From NCBI RefSeq assembly GCF_000981445.1, contig NC_027219.1, positions 434,001 to 498,000 of the forward strand: a stretch of DNA of 64,000 bases, read 5' to 3'. The position numbers were made by a program, and so were the translations under genes. This document shows, piece after piece, positions 44,579 to 54,500 of the stretch (position 1 is the first letter of the stretch; each line of letters begins with the position of its first letter). The DNA is from Babesia bigemina. Its lineage: Eukaryota. The notes beneath the pieces are model-generated. The model saw only the letters and a list, made by a program, of their open reading frames with translations, was not told the origin of the DNA and ran no database searches.

Positions 44579-46170
44579 TGGTAATCAATGTCGCACCTAT
44601 AGTATTTTTAATCGCGGCGGTTGCACAGTCGGCTGGAAGGGTCCCCGTAGCGCCGGCCGGCGGCTTCGGCGTGCTGCGCAGCCTTCTATGGCGCGGCGGG
44701 AGCCCTATCGCACTTGAGGGCTGCAGCGCACCTCGCCTGATCCTGAGTCAGCTGGAAGCGCGTGGAATCCCGGTTCAGCTGTCGCGCGCCAACAGGGTGA
44801 AATCGTTGGCGCCATCGGTGTGCCGTGCCGTGAACGAGCTCTACCAGTCGAACAGCTTCTTTGCCAGCCGCGTGGCAGGTCACGAGGTGAGCCCGGATGG
44901 CAGGCGTCTGACTGTGAAATGCACAGAGCAGGGTGTGCCTGTCGCCAATTTCAGGTTCTTCGTTCGGGACCCCGATCACGGAGCGGAGGTCGACGTGGGC
45001 CACATGCATCTGGTCATGAGCTCTTCGTCAAGCATGCCGCGGGGCAAGTTCAGGCAGGAGCCGAATGGCGCCTTGCAGCGGTTGCTGTTCGGCAGGTCTG
45101 GCACCTTGGTGAGGCTGGACCCTGCGCTGTTCAACAGCGTGAAAGACGCCGGGCTGTGGAGCAACCTTGAGTACGCCATCTGGCGTGCACCGGACGGGGC
45201 GCTGTACATGCACTGCTACTGCGATGGGCCGGGTGTCACGCGGAGGGTAGATTACACGATGGCCAACCTGCTCTCCGGCGGGGGCGCCCAGCTTCGCGCG
45301 GGCGTCACGGACCTCGACCTGTTTGGGACCGGTATCCAGGGCCACCTGGGCGCGGAAATAGCGCTCGCAGAGTGGTACACGATGTCGAAGAAGCACAAGC
45401 TGAGCGCAAGCCTGACTTACGACTCAGTGAGGAAGGCTGTATGGATGGACCGTGCTGGGGACACCGCGGGGCTGACCGTGGCGGCGCATTGCAGGGCAAG
45501 GGACTTGATGCGGCTTCTGAGACTGCGCAAGAGCGCCGAGGGCGATGGTGCTCCAAAAGCAGCGGTCAGTGCGACCCTATACTCCAGCGCCGGCCCCGGC
45601 AGGTACCGGGTCGGCGTCGTCGGCGATGCCAAGACCCTCGAGCTCAGGGGCAACACCCAGTCGACCGGGTCTGACCTGTTCGGCAGAAGTGCGTGTACTC
45701 AGCAGGCGATGAGTGTCAAGGTTCCTCTGGAAACGTTCAGCAAGCGGGAATGCTCGTGGCGCGACAAGGTGTACCTGCGGTGCCAACACAGGGCCACTGC
45801 CCCCGTGGGTTCATACGACGTCACCATGGGTGTGCGCTACGGGTCTGAGATGCGCCACAGTGGGTTCCGGGGGAAACCACCCGGTGGTCGGCACTACCTG
45901 ATGGTGGCCGGCGAGGTCACTCGCCGCTGGTTTCCGCAGCAACCGTGGACAATTATACGACCTGGGATGTTCCTCGACGTTTTATACGCCCTAGGCGGCG
46001 GCGACACTGCCAAGTCGCCTGGCGTATTTGCGTTCTCCGCTGGCGTCATCGTCAAGGTGCTGGGCCTCGGCGTGTCCTTGGCCATCACCGAGCTACCCCG
46101 CAACATGCCTGGAGGTCTGAAGGACGTGCTAACAGCGTTGAAGCAGAGCTTTTACACGCACCGCGCGTGA
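44578..46170 (+). CDS. Omp85/Toc75-like beta-barrel protein with bipartite (signal plus transit-like) leader
   Basis: Signal peptide MVINVAPIVFLIAAVAQSA, then an acid-poor basic segment, two POTRA-like segments, a DLFGTG barrel-start motif and C-terminal amphipathic strands. Confidence 0.55.
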   Translation: MVINVAPIVFLIAAVAQSAGRVPVAPAGGFGVLRSLLWRGGSPIALEGCSAPRLILSQLEARGIPVQLSRANRVKSLAPSVCRAVNELYQSNSFFASRVAGHEVSPDGRRLTVKCTEQGVPVANFRFFVRDPDHGAEVDVGHMHLVMSSSSSMPRGKFRQEPNGALQRLLFGRSGTLVRLDPALFNSVKDAGLWSNLEYAIWRAPDGALYMHCYCDGPGVTRRVDYTMANLLSGGGAQLRAGVTDLDLFGTGIQGHLGAEIALAEWYTMSKKHKLSASLTYDSVRKAVWMDRAGDTAGLTVAAHCRARDLMRLLRLRKSAEGDGAPKAAVSATLYSSAGPGRYRVGVVGDAKTLELRGNTQSTGSDLFGRSACTQQAMSVKVPLETFSKRECSWRDKVYLRCQHRATAPVGSYDVTMGVRYGSEMRHSGFRGKPPGGRHYLMVAGEVTRRWFPQQPWTIIRPGMFLDVLYALGGGDTAKSPGVFAFSAGVIVKVLGLGVSLAITELPRNMPGGLKDVLTALKQSFYTHRA

Positions 46171-46441
46171 AACTATCGCAAAGAAGTCGCTCAACAACCG
46201 CGAAACGGTTTTATGGAATCCAACTTAACTGCTGCTGTACATAATAAACCTCCGCATCAAATGTATGCATAGGAACGCGGAACAACTGGCAGCAGTGCCA
46301 CCCGCGCCGTACCGGCTCAATGAAACCGCCATAAAAGCAGAGTAATGATGAAATTGTACGCACAACCATGTAACTAGGGTTAAAGTGCCAGGACCACACA
46401 TTGTTTAAAGCGTGAAGTTCGCGGCTGCTGTTTGCATGGCT

Positions 46442-48666
46442 TTATCGACGGCGCTTGTTCTTCTTTGCGTTGTCCAGCTCCTCTTTGTAGAACCTGAGGT
46501 CCGCCTTAAGGCGCTCCCTGACATGGCGGTCCGGGACTTCCGCCGGGTTGAAGTATTCGAGGGACGCCTCGAACAGCCACGATGGGTACACCTCGCTGAC
46601 CGTTCGGATGTACGTGCGCGACGTGTGCACCACCTGGTGGAATATCGCCCAATCCGCGTGCGTGACAACACTGGACGGGTGCAGGTGAACGACCTGGTTG
46701 TCCTTCATGGTGATTAGTTCGCCCACAGGGTTTACGGCAACCTGCTGGAAGAACCCGGTGCAGAGACACTTCAACACATCGTCCTCGGTATTGCCTTGGC
46801 TACTGACGGTGGCCGCCGGTTGCTTAAGGCGTTTGTGTGCGAGGTTCATGAGCTGATCGAATATGCGCGTGGCCGCTTCCATTGCTTTCGCATTCACGCG
46901 TGTGAGTAAGAAGAACTCACTTAGCTTTTCTTTTGCTTTGTGCAGCATCGCCTGGTAGGTGTTGAAAATCCTCAGGAACGTGATGTGGTCGCTCGTATCG
47001 TGCGTAACCCTCTGCACCAGAGAGCTCGCGTACTTATTGAAACGATCGTACTTGTCCCTGCGCTTGGTCATAAGATTGGGCACGGAGAGCATCGCGCATA
47101 CCGCCACTACATCACGGGTGCAGTTGAACTTCGGCGAGGAGACAATCACCTTGGACATTTGTGGGTCCAGCGGGAACTCGCCCATGAGGTCGCCCGTGGG
47201 GGTCAGCTCCCCATCGTCGTCCAGAGCTCCGAGGTAGTTCAGCTCCTCGAGTGCCCGCATCATGGTCTCTGGTGCAGGCGGGTCCATGAAATCGAAGTGT
47301 ACCAGGTCGTCGATACCCAGCTTCTTCAGGTTCAGCACCACGGTGGCAATGTTCGAGCGCAGGATCTCTGGGAATGTCTGCGGGATGAGCTCGTTATAGG
47401 TGGCTTCCGTGTATAGCCGGAAGCACTTGCCGGGTCTGGTCCTTCCGGCACGACCGGCGCGTTGGGTGGCGGATGCCTGCGAGATGGGTGCCACCAGCAG
47501 CGACTCTACGCGGGCGCGCGGGTTGTAGACGTTCTGCTTCGCGTAGCCCGTGTCTACGACGTAGACTATGCCTTCGATTGTGAGACTCGTTTCGGCGATG
47601 TTGGTGGCCAGGACGCACTTGCGCCCCTCCACCGGCTCGAATACCTTCGCCTGCTCGGCCGGCTCCATGCTGCCGTACAGGGGCACGACACACAGCTTCT
47701 TTTTATACATATTAGTCACAGGATGAAAACGATCTTCGAGCTTGCGTATTTCGTCTTCACCGGTCAGGAACACCAGGATGTCTCCGTCGGGTTCATCCCT
47801 GTGGATGGTGATGACGGCCGTGTACACAGCGTCCAGGTAATCCCTTTGCGTCTCGGCCGTGTAGTATATGTCCACCGGAAACGTGCGTCCCGGTATGGTC
47901 AGCATGTCGGCGCCGTTGAAGTACGCCTGGAACTTGTCGCCATCCATGGTGGCACTCATAACGACGATCTTGAGGTTTTCGCGGCTGGCGGCCACCTCCT
48001 TAATGAGGCCGAACAGGACATCGGTTGCGATGGTACGTTCATGCGCTTCGTCGAGAATGATGACGCCGTAGCTGGACAACATCGGGTCATTTATGGCCTC
48101 CCGCAGGAGCATTCCGTCCGTCATGAACTTGATAACGGTGTTCTTCGACGTGCGGTCCTCGAACCTGATGCAGTACCCCACAGTTTCCCCTAGCTTTACA
48201 TCCATTTCGTTTGCGACGCGTGCGGCGACTGACATGGCCGCCACCCTACGCGGCTGCGTGACCGCCACTTGCAGCCCGTCGTTAAGGTTGGCGTCAACCA
48301 CGAACTGCGCAATTTGGGTGGTCTTCCCGGAACCCGTGTCTCCCGCCAGGATCAGCACCTGGTTCCGCCTGAGAAGCTTGACGAAGTTTTTGCGCGCACC
48401 CCATGCTGGTAGCTGCCGCCGCTTCTCGAGGATATCGTAGTACCGCTGCGAGTAGGGCGTCTTCGTGAATGGGTTAATCTTCGGGTCGGCGTCATCATTT
48501 TCCGTGGCTCGCTCCGCTGCTTTGCGCGGCGTCGCTGCAAAACATTTGACGCATAATACAACGGACGCCACGAAGCTGCCAGGTGGCCACAGGTACCATC
48601 AGTCAAGACCAAAGCGACATGGAACAACACCATTAACAAAAGTAGAGGCAATAGGCCTATATACAT
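46442..48666 (-). CDS. DEAH-box RNA helicase, Prp43/DHX15-like; first exon ambiguous
   Basis: INPFT...RY..IL..R..LP, GDTGSGKTTQ, TQPRRVAA, DEAH, SAT, TNIAETSLT, QRAGRAGR and DLVHFDFMDPPAPETMMRALE. There is no in-frame ATG before motif I, so an upstream exon is needed (ATG 48666 or 48599). Confidence 0.88.
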
Positions 48667-49292
48667 GCTCGCAGCGTGTGTTTTGCACCGTGGGGCGTCA
48701 CTCGACTCGCAATGAACAACCGCGATCCGCTACCTTGAGGGAGGCAGCCACGACGTCACCGCAACCCAGTTTGTCCTCATGAGTGCGAGAAGGTCACTGC
48801 GAGCCGCACCACCAGCTACATACTGCAACAGCGCCGAAGTGGCGAGCCTCCGCGACAAATGTTTCGCGGAGAAGAGGCTGCAGAAGAACGGCACGTCCAC
48901 CTAGGCAGCCAAACACACCCCGTATGCCGTCCACTACCGCAATACGCAGCTCAAGTGCCACAATACATTTAACTTCGCGCAAATACTACCCATATAGTCG
49001 ACACATAACACGCAAACGGCCGCATCAAAGGCGCCGAAACATACGCACGCACAAAATGCGACATTTACGGTTAATTACCTGCTGGAGGAGCGTCGGAGAA
49101 GTTTGATTGCGATTTAGTGGCCCTATCGGCTGCCATTACTATATTTAGAGTTGATGGTGACTAATGGCTCTCGACCCGGCCGCCGTCGTGGCACCCGCGT
49201 GTTGAGGATCCAATATTGCGATTTGCGATTGAGATTCCAGCGCCTAGTAGACCTGCTCAAACTACGCACAGGGCGTTGTCAGCCCCTGTTAT

Positions 49293-50379
49293 TTACGACC
49301 ATGGCGTTAGGGGTCGAGTGAACCTCAAGACAATGTTCTCTGCAGGGTTCTTGGGCTGGTAGATGATGGCGTCGAACTCTGTGGTGCGCTTCATGATGTA
49401 GAAGAAGCAGATGAAGAGCACGTAGACTATCGCCCACGAAATGGCGTATAGCATGAGGTACTTGTACAGGTCGCTGGACGAACCTCGATCCTTGAACTTG
49501 TCCAGGTTCTCGGGCACTTGGCCCAGACAGCCGCGAAGCTCTGCACGCTTCCAATCGACATCTGCGCGCAATAGCGCAAAGTTAGTTGCCACTTACACTT
49601 GCCGGTGAAAACGTCGTTGAAGGCGTTGCATACGGCGGGGTCCTCTATCGAGCACGAGAGTGCGGACGCGTTGTCCACCAGGGCCAGAAGCATGAGGCGC
49701 TTGTTCACGAGGTACTGTGGGCTGTTGCACTCACGGATCTCCTTGTGAGTACCACTGATGATCGACAAGTTGCACGGCACGTTTCCCCGCACGATGAGTC
49801 GGCAGTTTCGCACCGCGTTCACCGCCGCATCGTTGAACCGGTTCTCGCACCACTGCCGCGAGTTCGCGAACATCCAGATGAGCGAGGAAAAGTGCATCAT
49901 CACCATGCAGACCAGGAGGACCGCCAGTCCCCAGGGCACCCACTTGACCCCGCACCCCAGGTAATGCATGTAACCGTCCGTCGCCATGGAGTCGCTGATG
50001 ATAATGTTCGAGAGCATGTTGCAGACCCGGCCGAGAAATATGGCCAGCGCCAGTATAATGGCTGAGCGCATGTTGGCGGCGTGCACTCTTGACCCACCTG
50101 TGCAGCTGATGTGCAGCACGATGTAGTACGTGATGGTCCTGATGCTGCGCGCAGAGCAGCAGTAACTCATGAAGAACTTGAAGTTGGTGATGAGGTAGTG
50201 GAACGCGAACGAAAGCACTATGCCTATAACATGTGGCGCTTATTTGACACATACCCACCTATCAACAGCACGCACGTCATCAGGTTGTAGTAGTATGATG
50301 CGCGCCATATGTACCGCCGGCGCTGCCAGTGGAACCGCACGTCCTCGACGTGCCGGGCGATGCATCCGCAGATATTCAT
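49293..50379 (-). CDS. Multi-pass membrane protein with Cys-rich loop, 3 exons, unknown function
   Basis: Spliced MNICGCIARHVEDVRFHWQRRRYIW...LLIGIVLSFAF...FTGKYVDWKRAEL...YLMLYAISWAIVYVLFICFFYIMKR...RPLTPWS*. About four hydrophobic spans and strong coding bias. Confidence 0.75.
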
Positions 50380-50840
50380 CGTCACTAACGATCAGACACC
50401 TCCACAGGGATCGATAGGCGCCTATCAACCTGCTGTAGGCGATCTCCTCTGAGGTGGCTTAGCCTCCCCTCTCCATGGCATCGGTCACACACGCAGAGAC
50501 CGATGTTGCGATTATTGAGGCGGATATTTACACCGTTACCGCACACATTAGCGAGCTAAACCTTAAACTAAACCTTAAATCTTACAACTGGGCCTCTGGC
50601 CCCTCAATTGGACTCTACGCTTGCGGTAGACACGGTACCGCCGCTATGGCTTTAAACGCAGCTAGTTGCGCCAACACGAGCGTACACATCACTTCATTTT
50701 AGTTCATAAGGCGCGTTGGTCGCTCCAAGTGCTACGCATGGGGGCTTTAAAAGGGAACGACAGCCACAGTACGTGCTGCGCGGAGGTGTCTTCCAGTCAA
50801 TCAAGCGGCCCTAAGGCGCGTAATACCGGATGACAGCGCC

Positions 50841-51278
50841 ATGACACACGGCTTCCAGCCGCTTTCGAGCTCTGGCGCCACTCTTTACATCCCCGGGCAG
50901 CTCGAGCTCATAGACACAGGGGTGTCGTCGGCGTCGGACTCCGACACATGTGAGCAAGAAGCCATTGCCGCGACCCCTAGGGCGTCCGCAGTGCGCGAGC
51001 AAGTGGACAAATCATGTAGAGCTACGCCGAGCACCGCTTCGCGGGTCAGGAGGACCCCGAAGGCGTCGCCTGTGAGGGTAGCGCTCCGGAGGTACGCCGT
51101 CACGAAGTCGGAAACCCTTCAGCACCTCTACGAGCACTGGACTCCCCTATTGACGAGAGCATGGCCTCAAGATGTCCAAGGCGCCGCGAACGTGCTGGCT
51201 GAATGCAATTCGCTGATAGGCATCCAGCGGCGGTGGCTCAGCAACTACGAGTGTAGGTTCTACGGTGGTGTCGGCTAA
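50841..51278 (+). CDS. Hypothetical protein (145 aa)
   Basis: ATG-started ORF occupying an intergenic gap. No recognisable motif. Confidence 0.4.
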   Translation: MTHGFQPLSSSGATLYIPGQLELIDTGVSSASDSDTCEQEAIAATPRASAVREQVDKSCRATPSTASRVRRTPKASPVRVALRRYAVTKSETLQHLYEHWTPLLTRAWPQDVQGAANVLAECNSLIGIQRRWLSNYECRFYGGVG

Positions 51279-51530
51279 CGTTCGCAGGCGCTCTGTTGTT
51301 CCGCCAACTCGCCACCGATGCGTACCCGGATCCAGAACGGTTGCGATGCGTGCTTGGGCTCCTGCTGCGTTGGTGGTTTTGCGGCAAGTTTGCCGTGCAC
51401 CTCGCGCAGTTCCCTCATCTTGGTGAGCATACCCATGCCATGACAACTCACAGTCCGTGTAGGTAACGAAGCAGTTTTAGTCAACGCTGCCTATGGGATA
51501 CTGTCCTCATCCTGGACTCAAGCAAGGCTG

Positions 51531-54500
51531 ATGCTGCAGTTGCTGGAGTGCCACGACACACTCGGGGAGCTTCTGTACGGCGTTCTCATACACCCTACAG
51601 AAGCCCAGAGCGGTGATCACGCTATAGACGCGGCCAGCTGCAACTCTCTCCTGCTGAAGGTGCTGCCAATTATCAAACGAGGCCTCCTCGAGCCCGACCC
51701 CGAGCCCGCATGTAGCAAGGCGACGCGGTTCATCGAAGACATGAGCACCAAAGCGCTCTACCTGCGTTTCGACCGCGGTTTCGACAATAAGAGGCTGCAT
51801 CTGAGACACGAATGCCGCACCGACGATAAGTTGTCTTTGGTGGAAAAGCTTTGGGGCGGCGTGTTGCGCTGCAACGTCGCCAATTTGCAGAGTGGGCAGC
51901 CCCAACGTTGCGACTGCCATGGCAGGATGGCCGGCATCTTACTCAACCTCATCTCGAAGACGACGTCTCTTGGCACTCATGGTTCTAGCAGTACGCTGGA
52001 GGGGTGTCGCCAGCTGTCCACGCGAAGGCTGATTGGTTACTTTGCCAAGTGGGTGGCCGCCAAGACACCTAAGGCAAATAAAAACGGCGCGGTTGTGCCT
52101 CCGCAGGAAAGCTCAGAAGGACAGACCGAAGATAAATTTGTCGCGACCGGAATGGCTGGAAACTGCGCGCGGCAAAAACCAGGCGAAGCAAGCAGCAGTA
52201 GCTGCGACAACCGTGCCACATCCAACTGCTGCACCTTGAACAGGTCTGCGCAGTTACTACTAGATACCGAACTTGCTGCTGACAGTCTGCAACGTGTGGA
52301 TGAGTGCGTAGGGTTGTGCGCCGGTGTCGTATTCAGCAAGCCCCCGTTAATAAAAGAGGAGCCGGGTGTAGATGAAGCACGAACAACGGGAGCGCCCATT
52401 GCGCTAAACACAAGCGATACGTTCATCGTGATGGCTTTCGGCAACATATGGGATAATCGCAATTCAAGCGCCGATCCCGTCCACAGAGCGTGCATGACCT
52501 TGTTGGCGGGTGCCATCTTAATGATCGAGGACAACCACCTGATGGGCGATGTCATCCTGGACGAGGGGTACAGCAGGCCTCTGCTGGCTTCCAAGCTATC
52601 GCAATCAGACGACGGGCGTGTGATTGTTGATAAGGTTCTCAGGCACCGCCAATTTTACAGCTGGAGCTCTGGTGTCGCCAATGGCAAATACAACGGCTGC
52701 AGTGAACCTTCTGCAGCGGCAACTTCACGTGCCGAACGTCTGAAGTCTCCCGTAGATTCCGCGGCACGCGTGGACTACATAATGGGTGAACCGTCGCAGC
52801 ATTTAGGAGAGGTGCACAGGGCGCTGTGCGAAGCAGCAGGGGTCTGCTCCAACAATGCCAGCTTCGTCCCAGCGCTAATGATACGCGATGCTTGGACGTC
52901 GTCGACTAGGCATAATGTGGTGTTTAAGATGTGCCGGCAGGCGGCGTACCATGTTTTGGATGGCCTGTGGCAGGTGCTGCAGCAGGGTGAGACCTGCTCT
53001 GCCAACATCTCATTGGAAGTCGGGGATGGGGACTGCAGAAGGTCTGCAACTGCATATGCCATGGTGGCGTTAGCATCACTCATGGGCGACACTGTTGTTC
53101 TTCAAACGGCGGACGCGCACGTTGGCATTGTCAGGATTGCAGTGTTGCTGGGCCGTGGCAAAGACTTTGCATCACCCGACTATGGCAGCCACATCACCGA
53201 CGACAACCTCCTGAACCTCCTACTCAAACTGCTGTACACTGATATCGCGACCGACGCATCCATGGCACTGGAGTGCCACAGCAGCCAGCTCGCCATCTAC
53301 CGTACGCTGCTGGTGCACTATCTTCGAAAGGCACTGCTACAACCAACAAAGCAGGCGTTCGATATCGGCTTTGCGGGCAAAAGAGTAGTTGATTTCGATG
53401 CCATATTCAGGCGTATCTTGCGGCTCATCTTTTTCCGCGTCCACGTGGCCCTCGTCGACCGACCCAAGTTCGAAAGTTTCCTCCGGACCCGCGTCGAATA
53501 CGCCGCGCAGCACGATAACACGGATAATGAGGGGGAGTTCCTGGAAGAGATAAATTGCGGGTACATCGAATTGAGCGACGACGATACCGGCAGGAAAACC
53601 AGCTCCGACGGCGATGTGGGAGTAGACGGCGCCATCGACCACCGTATATTCGGGTTCCTTGAGTATTCGCCTTCTCACCGAGTGGCGCGCAAGCTCTGGA
53701 GACGCTTTGTCAAAAGTGAGCACGGGGGTGAGCAGGAAGAAATGCCATCGCATTCTGGGCCTCTGGATCGCAGCATGGCGCGGGAAGCGGGTGCAGCTAA
53801 TTCCGAACACCCTCGATTCAGCAAAGGCATGCCGGACATGGATTTGCTGTTCTTCGAGTCTGTATTCGAGCTATGTGGTCAGCTGCGGTTTTGCGTTGAT
53901 GAGGACCAGCTGTTCCGGCACAACAAGGTCGACCGGCTGCTGTACCAGCTGTTCCTGCATATATGTCATGTTGACAAGGGGGCCAACATCCAGCGCAATT
54001 ACGAGACGAATGTGCTGTGCAAGATAAACCGTGTACACGAAACTGATGAGTACGGCGAAGTTGACACCGATCGGGCTACCCTGGACAGCCTTGGGTGGAA
54101 GCAAGGTAGCGTCGGCATGCCTTCCGGGGGATCCACGGCGTGCGAACAACCCGCCGACGAGCAAAAGGAGTGTGGCTACGTTAATTTGGACGTGTTATTT
54201 CTGAGCAGGCAGAAGTTTACCAAACGCAGCTACTACGTGCTCAGCCGCCTCGCCATCGAATCGCTGGTGCGTTGGCTGTCGCCAGAGTCCGCGGCGTGTG
54301 CTGTTTGTCGCTGGGCTTCTAGCGTGCCAATAGACACCACAAGCCGCGTGAAGGCGTACAAGCCTGCGACGGCAAGCGCCATTGTCACTATGCTGTCCCT
54401 CAGCATGCTGTGCCACGTGGCACTACCGAGTGCGGAGGAGCTGCCTCTGCAAAAGGTGGAGTCGCTCGTCTCCGCGGCGAACGTCTGTTTTGTAAACCTC

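Noticed and set aside
46344..46416. ATGATGA box-C-like motif between convergent genes
   Set aside because: No canonical CTGA box D at a suitable distance and no recognisable guide.
50555..50585. Telomere-like CTAAACCTTAAACTAAACCTTAAA
   Set aside because: Only two degenerate units within AT-rich promoter DNA, not an interstitial telomeric array.
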